Shown here: positions 27,182 through 36,993 of the stretch, piece after piece
Position numbering within the stretch: position 1 is the first letter of the stretch
How the letters are laid out: the number at the start of each line of letters is the position of its first letter
From: Pyramidobacter sp.
GTDB taxonomy: Bacteria > Synergistota > Synergistia > Synergistales > Dethiosulfovibrionaceae
Assembly (NCBI GenBank): GCA_034101315.1
Contig: JAXEJY010000189.1
Location: forward strand, 1-38,242
Length of the DNA: 38,242 bases
Direction of reading: 5' to 3'
The notes under the pieces: model-generated
Database searches by the model: none
Seen by the model: the letters and a program-made list of their open reading frames with translations, nothing else
Told to the model about the DNA's origin: nothing
Made by a program: the position numbers and the translations under genes

Positions 27182-27307
27182 ACGTCTTTCACAGGAGACT
27201 CAGCCCCGTGCGGCGAAAAACCTTGAACCCCGTCAGGTCCGGAAGGAAGCAGCGGTAAGAGGAGCTTTTCGGGCGCCACGGCTCTCTGAGTCTCCTGTGG
27301 GAGACGT
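27182..27307 (+). ncRNA. ffs: Signal recognition particle RNA (small bacterial 4.5S type)
   Basis: Domain IV signature CGTCAGGTCCGGAAGGAAGCAGCGG within a long rod; upstream TTGATT-18 nt-TATCAT (TGn) promoter; downstream T-run. Confidence 0.93.
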
Positions 27308-27334
27308 TTTTTTTGCGAAAAGAGCGCTATGCGC

Positions 27335-27378
27335 ATAAAAGACGCCCTGAAGCCGCGACGGCTTCAGGGCGTTTTTAT
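27335..27378. terminator. Bidirectional terminator
   Basis: ataaaagacgccctgaagccg-cga-cggcttcagggcgtttttat. Confidence 0.8.
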
Positions 27379-29246
27379 CAGTTGATGGTGATGACGGCGC
27401 CGGGTCTGGAGGGGGGGACGGGCGCTGTGATTCCGACGGACGGAGCAATCTGAGGCTGAATGGAAATCGCTGTGTCCTGCGCTCGCGGCGGGGGCGAGTA
27501 GCGCTCAAGGAACGCGAGGAGGTTTTTGATGTTTGATCGCTGAGCGTAGCGCATGAGCGTCACGTAGTCCTCTGCCGTCGGCTGTTTTCTGAAGACGGCG
27601 ATGAGCTTATTCAGACCGTCGGCAAGGACGTCCATGTTCTTTGACGTCTCGCCGAGCTTGATCTGCAAAAGCGCCAGCTGCCGTTCAGCCAAGTCTTCCG
27701 CCATGGGATACGAGCGGGCTATCTGAATGAGGAGCTGTTTTTCTGAAGCGTCGCTCGTCTTGCTTTCGGCGGCGCGCAGATAAAGGTCGCCGCGCACGCC
27801 GTCAATTCCGTACCAAAATCCCAGAACTGACGTGCCGAGGAGAAACGCTCCGGCAGCTCGGCAGACAGCGCCTGACGCCGGACGCGCGGGGGCGCTGCTT
27901 TCTCTTTTGAACAGATATCTGTTGCTCAGGGCAAACGCCAAGGCAATCCACAGAGAATTTTCAATGCGGTGGAACGGGCGTGTCCACAGCGCGTCAAACC
28001 AGATGAGGAAGAGGAATGACGAGCTCCACAGAAACGCGGCAGGAAGTGTTTGTCCGCGGTGCTGACGCAGAAAGCGGAAGAACGCGGCAAGCCAGAAGAG
28101 TCCGGCGGCGAGAAGCGCCGCGCCGCCCCAGATTCCGAATTCGCAGAACCACTGGAGAATTTCGTTGTGCGCCCAGTAGGTGAACTGCCATTTCATCGAA
28201 GGATCGGCGAGCATGGCGATTCTCTGACCGATGAGGTAGTGCCACTTGTACTGTCCCAGTCCGACGCCTGTGTGCGGGCTGAGCTTGAACACTTCCCACG
28301 ACGTCTGCCAAATTTCGCGCCGCGCCGCGAGGTCCCCCATGTTTTCAATCATGTCGCGGGTTTTGACGAGGAAGGAGAATCCGCGCCCCGTGTCGGCGAG
28401 GAAGAACACGCCGAAGACGATGAAGAACAGAATAATTCCGAATCCGATTCGGCGCAGTTTTCCGCGGTCTCTGTCGGTGAAGAAAACGCAGAGCGACATC
28501 ATTACGCTGCCGACCCAGAACGCCAGAATTCCTGAGCGGCTCGTGGAGCTGATAAGACACCACGCGATGATCACGTAGAACAGGAGGTTTGCGCTGACGG
28601 CTAGTTTATTCGCGAGATTCCGCGTGAAATTGCTGCCCCAGCAGGCGAACAGGAAGAGCGACGAGAAGAGCGCCAGCGCCATCCACAGGGCGAACATGTT
28701 CTGCTGTCCTGTGTTGCCGATGTAGTTTCCGGGCGTCGGCATAATGAGGCTGATTGGTCCGAAGGGGCTGACGAAGCCGCGAATCTGACACTCGGCGATA
28801 ATGCCGTTGACGGCGGCGTTCAGCGAGGCAAGCCACAGGATGGGGCGCAGCCAGCGCTCTGAGAAGAACGAGAACGCGAGGAGGTAAAACGCGCAGCAGC
28901 CGGCGAAGAAGAACCATTCGCGCCGCCATGCCGAGACGGAACTGAGAGGAACCCACAGCGGCTGGAGCGTGATGAACAGCGCGTAGAGCAGCCAGAAACA
29001 GCCGAAGAAATCGACGCGCAGCCGGCTCCGGTTTCCGTCAAGGAGCGCGCTTCCGCCGGCGCTCAGCGCCATGAGTCCGACGGGAACGAGCGAGACGACC
29101 CATTTCATCAGGTGGAGCGTCTGAAAAAAGGTTGTGCCGGAATAGACGAGATTGGGCAGGGCAAGGCAAACGGCAAACAGCGTGCAGAACCAGAAACTGC
29201 GGAAAGGGCTGTCTGCGCAGTGTCCGTTCAAAGTGTGTTCTTCCAT
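27378..29246 (-). CDS. O-antigen ligase family (Wzy_C) membrane protein, possibly a PglL-like O-oligosaccharyltransferase
   Basis: About 12 TM segments; GNTGQQN, STSRSG, ARREIW...GVGLGQY and WAHNEILQWFCEFG; long C-terminal soluble domain. Confidence 0.78.
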   Translation of the reverse strand: MEEHTLNGHCADSPFRSFWFCTLFAVCLALPNLVYSGTTFFQTLHLMKWVVSLVPVGLMALSAGGSALLDGNRSRLRVDFFGCFWLLYALFITLQPLWVPLSSVSAWRREWFFFAGCCAFYLLAFSFFSERWLRPILWLASLNAAVNGIIAECQIRGFVSPFGPISLIMPTPGNYIGNTGQQNMFALWMALALFSSLFLFACWGSNFTRNLANKLAVSANLLFYVIIAWCLISSTSRSGILAFWVGSVMMSLCVFFTDRDRGKLRRIGFGIILFFIVFGVFFLADTGRGFSFLVKTRDMIENMGDLAARREIWQTSWEVFKLSPHTGVGLGQYKWHYLIGQRIAMLADPSMKWQFTYWAHNEILQWFCEFGIWGGAALLAAGLFWLAAFFRFLRQHRGQTLPAAFLWSSSFLFLIWFDALWTRPFHRIENSLWIALAFALSNRYLFKRESSAPARPASGAVCRAAGAFLLGTSVLGFWYGIDGVRGDLYLRAAESKTSDASEKQLLIQIARSYPMAEDLAERQLALLQIKLGETSKNMDVLADGLNKLIAVFRKQPTAEDYVTLMRYAQRSNIKNLLAFLERYSPPPRAQDTAISIQPQIAPSVGITAPVPPSRPGAVITIN

Positions 29247-29342
29247 AGAAAAGATCTCCTTTGCGCCGCGGCGAGTGTAAAAGAATCTCCAAAAAGCAGT
29301 TCAAAACATAACTATAGCATTTTATGACCGAAATGAGAACAG

Positions 29343-29393
29343 AAAAAACGCGCCGGATATGAGGTATTCGCTCATATCCGGCGCTGTTTTTTT
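29343..29393. terminator. Terminator downstream of glutamine synthetase (bidirectional)
   Basis: gcgccggatatgag...ctcatatccggcgc 14-bp stem flanked by A and T runs. Confidence 0.8.
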
Positions 29394-29640
29394 GTGCTGA
29401 TGCGTACTCTGCTTTCAGCAAAGGGCTTGGCTGCCGGCAGAGAAGAGGAGTGTTTTACGGCGTAATCCGTGGCGAACGAGACGTCCGGTGCTTTGGAAGG
29501 ACGTTTTCACATGGAGAGAGCAATGCACGCTTGAATGGGGTGATTGCGCCTGAGGGGGGACGCAATCTGATTTTTTTGAGGAGGCGGACGTCTCGAACTC
29601 ACGAAAAGTTAAAGCATGTGCGTGTTTGTGCGCGGGCGGT

Positions 29641-31770
29641 TTACGCCAGCGTTTCGATGTGAAGCATCTCGCGGTACGTGGGATAGGGCCACAGATCGCG
29701 GGCAATCTGACGCTCTGCGGAGTCGCTCAGGCCGCGGATTTTTTCCATGAGGGGGACGAGCGTGTCCGTCAGGAGCACGGCGGCGTCGTGAGGCGCGAGC
29801 GTTCCGCTCTTTTCAAGGCACGCATCCAGCTCTTTGAGCGCGGCAAGGATGCTGCACTTGACGTCGGCAAGGGCTTCGATGGTCGCAGTCCACGGAGCAG
29901 TGCGGTCGCCCATGGAAGCGGGCAGAAGCGACAGAGCCTGACCTTCGCGCGCAATCTGTTTCGTGATGGCAGGCAGAACGCCTTCGAACATCATGCTGCG
30001 CAGAACAGCGGCCTCGGTTTTTGTCGCCTCGGCGAACTGCTCAATTCGAATTTCGTGGAACGCGTCAACTTCGCGCCCGCTCATGATGCCGAGGCGGGTG
30101 AGAAGCTCTTTGTGTTCGGGCAGAAGGTACTGATCCAGCGCGTCAACAGTTGAGTTGCACACGGGCAGACCGCGGCGGCGGGCTTCTTCGGGCCAGCTGG
30201 GATCGTAGCCGTTGCCTTCAAAGCGGACGGCTTCGGCTTCAATGGCTGCCTGTCGGATGACTTCAAGAGCGGCATCGCTGGTTTCAAGTCCGCCTTTGAT
30301 TTTCTCTTCGAGAAGCGCGTTGAACTTTTCAATGCCTTCAGACCAGATGGCAAGGAAAACGGTCAGAGGGCCGCTGAGAGCCTGAGGCGCTCCGACGGCG
30401 CGGAATTCCCACTTGTTGCCCGTGAAGGCGATGGGAGACGTGCGGTTGCGGTCTGAGCTGTCAGCTTTGACGCTGGGCAGACGGTCAGCGCCGAGGTCGA
30501 TGAGCGTCGAGCCGGGCATGTTCTGCACGCTGCCGTTTTTGATGCTCTCGATGATTCCGTTGATCACGTCGCCGACGTAGACGCTCATGACGGCAGGCGG
30601 CGCTTCATGACCGCCAAGGCGGTGACTGTTGCCGGCTGAGGCGATTGACGCGCGCAGAAGTCCGCCGTGGCGGGCGATTCCGAACAGAAACGCGCTGAGG
30701 ACCGAAATGAACTGAAGGTTGCGGCGCGGGTTGCTCGACGGCTTCAGGAGGTTGCGCCCCTCGCTGTCGCGCAGTGAGATGTTGAGGTGCTTGCCGCTGC
30801 CGTTGAGGTTGTTGAACGGCTTTTCGTGCAGCATCAGGCGGAATCCGTGACGGCGCGCCATTTTCTTCATGACTTCCATGAGCATGTGGTTCTGGTCGCA
30901 GCCGCGGTTGGCTTCTGCCAAAACGGGAGCGAACTCAAACTGGCACGGAGCGACTTCGTTGTGACGCGTCAGGAGAACCTGTCCGAGGCGGTACATGTCG
31001 CGCTCGACGTCTTCCATGTAGGCGAGGACGCGGGGGTGAATCGCGCCGAAATAGTGCGCTTCGACGGTCTGAGGCTTGGGCGACGGGGCGCCGATGAGCG
31101 TGCGGCCGCACAGAGCGATGTCGGGGCGCAGTTTTGCCTTTGACTCTTCAATCAGGAAATATTCCTGCTCAGCGCCGATCGTCACGTCGACGGAGCGGAC
31201 AGTGCGGTTTCCGAACAGCTTCAGCAGTTTGAGCGAGCGCTCGCGGATGGCGTCGATGCTCTTCAGAAGAGGCGTTTTCATGTCGAGCGGCGTTCCGTCG
31301 TAGGACAGGAACACGGAAGGAATGCAGAGCACGCCGCCTTTATGGCTCAGAACGATGAACGCGGGGCTTGAAGGATCCCACGCGCAGTAGCCGCGGGCTT
31401 CAAAAGTGCTTCTCATGCCGCCGGAGGGGAACGACGAAGCGTCGGGCTCGCTGCGGATGAGCTCTTTGCCGCGGAACGACTGAATCGGGCTGCCCGACTC
31501 GTCAAGGCTTAAAAACGCGAGGTGCTTTTCCGCGGTGGATTCTGTAAGAGGCTGGAACCAGTGAGTATAGTGCGTCGCGCCTTTTGAAAGAGCCCACTCT
31601 TTCATGGCTGCCGCCACGCTGTCGGCGATGGAAACGTCGAGCTTGCCGCCGCCGTCGACGGCGGTCAGAAGGCGCTTGTACACGTCTTCAGGAAGACGCT
31701 CTTTCATCGCCTCTCTGTCAAATACATGCATACCAAAAATTTCACTCGGACGTGCGACTCCTTCATCCAT
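29641..31770 (-). CDS. Glutamine synthetase type III (GlnN/GlnA)
   Basis: GATHYTHWFQPLT, EPDASSFPSGGMRSTFEARGY, GAEQEYF, HNEVAPCQFE, HEKPF...NGSGKH and DRNRTSP; ATG 31770 follows SD aggaggg. Confidence 0.96.
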   Translation of the reverse strand: MDEGVARPSEIFGMHVFDREAMKERLPEDVYKRLLTAVDGGGKLDVSIADSVAAAMKEWALSKGATHYTHWFQPLTESTAEKHLAFLSLDESGSPIQSFRGKELIRSEPDASSFPSGGMRSTFEARGYCAWDPSSPAFIVLSHKGGVLCIPSVFLSYDGTPLDMKTPLLKSIDAIRERSLKLLKLFGNRTVRSVDVTIGAEQEYFLIEESKAKLRPDIALCGRTLIGAPSPKPQTVEAHYFGAIHPRVLAYMEDVERDMYRLGQVLLTRHNEVAPCQFEFAPVLAEANRGCDQNHMLMEVMKKMARRHGFRLMLHEKPFNNLNGSGKHLNISLRDSEGRNLLKPSSNPRRNLQFISVLSAFLFGIARHGGLLRASIASAGNSHRLGGHEAPPAVMSVYVGDVINGIIESIKNGSVQNMPGSTLIDLGADRLPSVKADSSDRNRTSPIAFTGNKWEFRAVGAPQALSGPLTVFLAIWSEGIEKFNALLEEKIKGGLETSDAALEVIRQAAIEAEAVRFEGNGYDPSWPEEARRRGLPVCNSTVDALDQYLLPEHKELLTRLGIMSGREVDAFHEIRIEQFAEATKTEAAVLRSMMFEGVLPAITKQIAREGQALSLLPASMGDRTAPWTATIEALADVKCSILAALKELDACLEKSGTLAPHDAAVLLTDTLVPLMEKIRGLSDSAERQIARDLWPYPTYREMLHIETLA

Positions 31771-31861
31771 TTTCGGTTCCCTCCTCGTAAAAGTTAGGCA
31801 GGAAAAATTCATCTGCCGGATTGTTCCGCTTTGTGTGAACGATTTCATGCAACATGGTGGA

Positions 31862-31890
31862 ACTATACGCCTCTTTTTAAAAATATGCAA
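31862..31890 (-). promoter_or_regulatory. Probable sigma70 promoter of GS III
   Basis: Minus strand TTGCAT-17 nt-TATAGT. Confidence 0.6.
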
Positions 31891-32130
31891 GTGTTTTTTT
31901 GAAAAAACTTGATGAAAAATAATAAGTCGCGTGCTAAAAAAGAAAAATTTATGTGATTAGACATGTAATCATGGTTTTGTATGCATGTGTTTTGCCGTCT
32001 GAACGCCTGATGAAAGGCGCGAAAGAGGGGGAGGCGTTTTGCGGGGGTGATTTTGAACGTAATGTGTTATAAAATGAGAGGATTAAAACTGTTTCTTCAC
32101 ATATCCGAAGCGAAAAGGGGGGCGGAAAAC

Positions 32131-33096
32131 GTGCGGCGCATGGAGCGCAAAGAACTGGAAGCCAGGCAGAAGCCTTCTTTCGGCGTGCGGCTGGCGCGGG
32201 CAGTGCTGGTCGTGTTCATCTGCGCGGCGGCGGCGGCGTTTTATCTGGCGTGGCTCAATCAGACAAAAGCTGTTTCCATGCCGCCCATGGTTATGCCTCA
32301 GCCTTATTTTTACGAGGAAGAGCAGCCGGTCAGAGCTGTTCTTCTGTGGCGCGAGACAGTTTTGAAAACGCCGGCTGGCGGGGCTGTTCAGTTTGCGCAT
32401 GGAGGAAAAGCTGCGGCGGTCGCAAGCGGAGACCCTGTGGCGTCGGTGTTCTCTCACGGGAAAAACAGGAACATCGCCGCGCCGCGCCGGGGCTACTTCG
32501 TTCCCGGGCTTGACGGCGCTGAAGATAAATGGGAATACTCGTCCCTGTGGCCCGGCGCAGGACTTCTGCCGCGCGCGCCTCAGCTGAACTGGCTTGAAAA
32601 CATGTCGTCTGTCGCTGCCGGAAAGCCCGTTGGAAAGCTGATTGATCTGCCGCAGAGGCCGAGGGCGATCTTCTATTTCAACATCACAGATCTGCTTGCA
32701 AAACAGCTGGAACGCGGATACATATATATAAGAAAGATCTCAAAGGGCGCCAAGTGGTATTCGCGCGTTCGCGTCTACTCGATATTTGGCGGGCAGAAAG
32801 TGAAAGCCGCTGTAGAGATGCCGTATTTTACGCTGGATATGGCGAGTTCCCGCGAAACAGAGTTTCTCGTCTGCTCCGACGAGGGGTACGGGCTTGCCGT
32901 GCCGGAGTCGGCAGTCGTCCTGCGCGACGGTGCGTTCGGCGTTTTTGAGCTGGTCGGCGACACGCTGAAGTTTCGCAAGATCACAGGAAAACCCTTGAAG
33001 GACGGCATGTTTTTCGTGGCGACGGGGCTGGAGCACGGCAATCCTGTTATTCTGCACGCCGCCGGTACTGAAGAAAGAAGGGTTCAGTTATGGTAG
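32131..33096 (+). CDS. Membrane-anchored hypothetical protein, HlyD/membrane-fusion-protein-like
   Basis: N-terminal TM, ETVLKTPAGG and IAAPRRG barrel-sandwich-like halves, GLAVPESAV...GVF and TGLEHGNPVI; overlaps the yggS start. Start codon uncertain (32131 or 32140). Confidence 0.6.
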   Translation: MRRMERKELEARQKPSFGVRLARAVLVVFICAAAAAFYLAWLNQTKAVSMPPMVMPQPYFYEEEQPVRAVLLWRETVLKTPAGGAVQFAHGGKAAAVASGDPVASVFSHGKNRNIAAPRRGYFVPGLDGAEDKWEYSSLWPGAGLLPRAPQLNWLENMSSVAAGKPVGKLIDLPQRPRAIFYFNITDLLAKQLERGYIYIRKISKGAKWYSRVRVYSIFGGQKVKAAVEMPYFTLDMASSRETEFLVCSDEGYGLAVPESAVVLRDGAFGVFELVGDTLKFRKITGKPLKDGMFFVATGLEHGNPVILHAAGTEERRVQLW

Positions 33097-33782
33097 AGCT
33101 GAAAGAGAGAGTAGAAGAGATTCTGGGGCGAGTCGGCGCAGCGGCGTCGCGCAGCGGCAGGGCGGCGTCGGACATAACGCTTGTGGCTGTCAGTAAGACA
33201 AAGCCTCTTGAGATGATTATTTCGGCGGCGCAGACGGGGCTGGTGTCGCATTTTGGCGAAAACCGAGTGCAGGAAGGACAAGAGAAGATCCCCGCGTTTC
33301 CGGCGGAGATGAGCGCGTGCTGGCATTTGATCGGCCATCTTCAGCGCAACAAAGCGCGAAAGGCGCTTGAGCTTTTCGACATCATTGAGAGCCTTGACAG
33401 CCAGGAGCTCGCTGCCGCCTGCGAGCGAATCTGCTCTGAGACGGACAGACACATGGATGTCCTCATCGAGGTGAACAGCTCCAAAGAGGCGTCAAAAACA
33501 GGAGCGCCGATGGAGAGCGCTCCCGCGCTCCTTGAATTTGCCCTGAAAGAGTGTCCTCATCTGTCGGTTCAGGGACTGATGACTGTTGGACCTCTGGGGG
33601 GCGGCGAAAAAGCTGTGCGTCAAGCCTTTGCGTCCGTCCGCGCTCTTCGCAGTTCGCTTGAAGCGTCATACGGCATTGCGCTGCCCGTCCTGTCAATGGG
33701 CATGAGCGGCGATTTTGAATGGGCAATAGAAGAAGGAAGCACAGAGGTCAGAATCGGCTCATCGATTTTTGGGCACCGGTAG
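33090..33782 (+). CDS. yggS: Pyridoxal phosphate homeostasis protein (YggS/PLPBP)
   Basis: LVAVSKTK, FGENRVQE, WHLIGHLQRNK and LSMGMSGDFEWAIEEGSTEVRIGSSIFG. Confidence 0.97.
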   Translation: MVELKERVEEILGRVGAAASRSGRAASDITLVAVSKTKPLEMIISAAQTGLVSHFGENRVQEGQEKIPAFPAEMSACWHLIGHLQRNKARKALELFDIIESLDSQELAAACERICSETDRHMDVLIEVNSSKEASKTGAPMESAPALLEFALKECPHLSVQGLMTVGPLGGGEKAVRQAFASVRALRSSLEASYGIALPVLSMGMSGDFEWAIEEGSTEVRIGSSIFGHR

Positions 33783-33807
33783 ATTCTGATGAAGAAGAGG
33801 GGGAATA

Positions 33808-34404
33808 GTGGTGGCAAATAAATTTTTAGTGCTTCTGGGGCTTGCAAATGAAGGCGAAGTTGTCGTGAAATCCCACAGAAAAGCGCGTCAGGCGGATTAT
33901 CTGAAAAAGATTCAAAGCCTTGTCGTGCCGGAAGAGGGCGACGCTCCGGAAGAAAAAAATTCAGAGGACGCGGCGCCCAAGGAGAAGCCTCAGCAGCCCG
34001 CCGAGGCAAAAGCCGAGCCGACTCCCGCCCCGCGAACAGAGAAGCCGGAGCGTGCCGGAACTGATGAGCCGAAGAGCGGATCGTTTATGAACACAATGCG
34101 CCGTCTGGCAGAGCCGATTCGCCGTCCTGACGACTCGGCGATCATTCTGGTGCGTCACGACATTGAAGGGATGCTGAACGACATTGAAGAAGCCCTGCTT
34201 GAGGGACGCGTCCTGCTTGTTGATTTTGCCCGAGAGCCGGAACGCGACGCGCGCCGCACAGCTGAGCGTCTGATCACGTTCGTCAGACTGAAAAAGGGCT
34301 ACTCGTATCCTCTGACGGATACAAGTCTGCTTATTTCCATGAAAAATGACGCCGTCGTCGAATGGCTGCCGGAGCCGGAGGGCGCGGAGGCTCAGGATGA
34401 ATGA
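33808..34404 (+). CDS. Divergent SepF-like cell-division protein
   Basis: Lies between yggS and divIVA; short amphipathic N-terminus, P/E/A/K-rich linker, and C-terminal IEEALLEGRVLLVDF...RRTAERLITFV fold pattern. Confidence 0.6.
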   Translation: MVANKFLVLLGLANEGEVVVKSHRKARQADYLKKIQSLVVPEEGDAPEEKNSEDAAPKEKPQQPAEAKAEPTPAPRTEKPERAGTDEPKSGSFMNTMRRLAEPIRRPDDSAIILVRHDIEGMLNDIEEALLEGRVLLVDFAREPERDARRTAERLITFVRLKKGYSYPLTDTSLLISMKNDAVVEWLPEPEGAEAQDE

Positions 34405-34900
34405 CGGCGATCTCCTGCGCGTCGTCGATGTTGAGGGCGTCGTCTTTTCAAAAGGTCTGCGCGGCTACGTTCCCGACGAGGTTGACGAATTTCTTGACCA
34501 CGTGGCGGACACGCTTCAGCGCTACGCTGAAATGCACGCCGCCGATCAGATGAAAATCAGAGAGCTTGAAAACGCCCTCTCCGAGGATCTTCACCTGAAA
34601 GAGTCGCTTCAGGAAGCTCTTGAAATGGCGAAAAACAGCACAGACGACCTGAAAGCGTCCGCTCAGAAAGAGTGCGAAGCTCTGCTGGCAGAAGCCCGCG
34701 TCCGCGCGGAGAGCATTATCGCCGAGGCAAAGGGAAAAGCTGAGAGCGCCGCCAGCGACGCCATCGTGAAAAAAGAGCAGATTCTCCGCGAAATTGACGA
34801 GCTCCGCCGCGCCCGCGACCATTTTGTCGCTGACGCGAAAGCCGTTGTCCTGCGCTACAACATGCTCCTCGACAACGCGCAGAGCACGTGGAATCTGTGA
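34397..34900 (+). CDS. divIVA: DivIVA-domain protein
   Basis: FSKGLRGYVPDEVDEFLDHV followed by a long coiled coil; ATG 34397 follows SD ggagg. Confidence 0.88.
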   Translation: MNDGDLLRVVDVEGVVFSKGLRGYVPDEVDEFLDHVADTLQRYAEMHAADQMKIRELENALSEDLHLKESLQEALEMAKNSTDDLKASAQKECEALLAEARVRAESIIAEAKGKAESAASDAIVKKEQILREIDELRRARDHFVADAKAVVLRYNMLLDNAQSTWNL

Positions 34901-36993
34901 CGAGGCAGCATATCCGTCCCGACGACTCCGTCTGCGTCCTCAAGGGCGTCGGCGAGAAAAAAGCGCTGCTCCTTGAGCGGCTGGGCGTTCGGACGGTCGA
35001 CGATCTCCTTCATTTTTTCCCCCGCCGATACGAGGACAGGCGGCAGATGGCAGCTTTAAAAGACCTGATCCCCGGCGGGCCGCCTCTGCCTTTGCGCGCG
35101 CGCGTCGTCACCGTCGAAGAGCGTCCGGGGTACGGCGCGCGCGCGAAGCACATTACGCGCGCGTGCCTGAGCGACGAGTCGGGCGTCGTCTGGGCGGTGT
35201 GGTTCAATCGGCGCGGATTGGCGCGCGTTCTCGTCCCTGGGACAGAGCTTGCTCTTTTCGGAGCGCTCAAGCAGCAGCCCGGATCGCCGGAGCTGTACAA
35301 CCCCGAAATCGAGTTTTTGTCCGATGGCGCTGTCAGCCGAACAACAGGATGTATCGTTCCCGTGTACCCCTCGACGGAAGGACTGAATGAGCGGAGTGTT
35401 GCAAAACTCATTGCCGGCGTCCTCGACACGCTTCCGAACGCCGTAAGCGACGTTCTGCCGCGCTTTATCTCCGAAAAATACGGCTTTGCCGACGCCGATT
35501 CGGCGCTTCGGGAAATGCACTGCCCGACAGACGAGCAGAAGTTCAAGGCAGCGCGGGCGCGAATGATCTTTGAAGAGTTTTTTCTGCTTCAGATTGGGCT
35601 GGCGCTGCGCCGCCGCCGCGGCGTTCTGGAGAAAACGGCGCCCGCGTTTAATGCACCGCCGAATGTGCAGGCGCGGTTTCTCGCGTCGCTTCAGTTTGAT
35701 CTGACGGACGACCAGAAACGGGTTGTTGAGGAGATCTCTGCTGACCTGAAGCGCTCCGTGCCGATGAACCGCCTTCTTCAAGGCGACGTCGGATCGGGCA
35801 AGACTGTCGTGGCGCTGATGGCGCTGCTTCAGGCGCTTGATTCAGGATATCAGGCGGCGCTCATGGCGCCGACGGGCGTCTTGGCAGAGCAGCACGCTCT
35901 GACGCTCAGGAAATGGCTCGCCCCGTTGGGCGTTGATGTGGGACTTTTGACGGGCGGCTTGCCCGCCGCTGCCCGAAAAGCAGTGCTGTCAGGGCTGTCC
36001 GACGGCTCGCTGCGCCTCGTCGTCGGGACTCATGCCCTCATTCAGGATACGGTGAAGTTCAAAAATTTAGGACTGGCAATAATCGACGAGCAGCACCGCT
36101 TCGGCGTTCTTCAGCGCCGCGCTCTGAGCTCAAAAGCCGAAAAAGGCGCGTATTCGCCGCACATCCTCGTCATGACTGCCACGCCGATTCCGCGCACACT
36201 TCTGCTGCTCGTGTACGGCGACCTTGCCGTGTCCGTGATACGCCAGCTTCCCAAAGGGCGTCAGCCCATCCGCACGGTCTGCATCGGCGAGAGCCGAGTG
36301 CCGCGCATGGAAGATTTTCTCGACCGCGAGATGGCGCAGGGACACAGAGTCTACTGGGTGTGTCCGCTCATCGAGGAAAGCGACGCTTTTGACGCCTCGC
36401 CGCTTGAGCTGCGCTATGAACAGCTGCGCGCGCGTTTTCCGAACCGCCGCGTCGGAATGCTTCACGGCAGAATGTCAGAGCGCGATAAAACTTCAGTGAT
36501 GGGGGACTTTGCTTCGGGCAAAATCGACCTTTTGGCGGCGACGACTGTCGTTGAAGTCGGCATGGACGTGCCCGAGGCGACAGTTATTGTCATAGAAAAC
36601 GCCGAGCGGTTCGGTCTGTCTCAGCTTCACCAGCTGCGCGGGCGCGTCGGGCGAGGGCCTTATCAGTCGTGGTGCGTATTGTACGCGCAGCCGAAATCGC
36701 GCGATGCCCGAGAACGCCTTTTGCAGTTTTGCCGCCTGAGCGACGGATTTGCAATTGCCGAGGCCGACATGGCGCTGCGCGGACCCGGCGAAGTGTGCGG
36801 CGTCCGTCAGCACGGACTGACAGACTTCCGCGTCGCCGATCTCAGCCGCGACAGCGGCGTGATGAAGACCGCGCGCGCCGAGGCGTTCAGCCTCGTCAAA
36901 TCGTGCGCCAATCCGTACTCCGAATACCCAGAGCTGATGAGCGCTGTGATGGGGCGGTACGGCAGACTTCTTGACATTGCGGGGACAGCATGA
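34888..36993 (+). CDS. recG: ATP-dependent DNA helicase RecG
   Basis: LLHFFPRRYEDR, MNRLLQGDVGSGKT, IIDEQHRFG, MTATPIPRTL, AERFGLSQLHQLRGRVGRG and DMALRGPGE. Confidence 0.97.
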   Translation: MESVTRQHIRPDDSVCVLKGVGEKKALLLERLGVRTVDDLLHFFPRRYEDRRQMAALKDLIPGGPPLPLRARVVTVEERPGYGARAKHITRACLSDESGVVWAVWFNRRGLARVLVPGTELALFGALKQQPGSPELYNPEIEFLSDGAVSRTTGCIVPVYPSTEGLNERSVAKLIAGVLDTLPNAVSDVLPRFISEKYGFADADSALREMHCPTDEQKFKAARARMIFEEFFLLQIGLALRRRRGVLEKTAPAFNAPPNVQARFLASLQFDLTDDQKRVVEEISADLKRSVPMNRLLQGDVGSGKTVVALMALLQALDSGYQAALMAPTGVLAEQHALTLRKWLAPLGVDVGLLTGGLPAAARKAVLSGLSDGSLRLVVGTHALIQDTVKFKNLGLAIIDEQHRFGVLQRRALSSKAEKGAYSPHILVMTATPIPRTLLLLVYGDLAVSVIRQLPKGRQPIRTVCIGESRVPRMEDFLDREMAQGHRVYWVCPLIEESDAFDASPLELRYEQLRARFPNRRVGMLHGRMSERDKTSVMGDFASGKIDLLAATTVVEVGMDVPEATVIVIENAERFGLSQLHQLRGRVGRGPYQSWCVLYAQPKSRDARERLLQFCRLSDGFAIAEADMALRGPGEVCGVRQHGLTDFRVADLSRDSGVMKTARAEAFSLVKSCANPYSEYPELMSAVMGRYGRLLDIAGTA

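Noticed and set aside
29400-29640. Glycine riboswitch or T-box
   Set aside because: GGAGAG is present but the other conserved motifs are missing, and the position is 3' of a gene.
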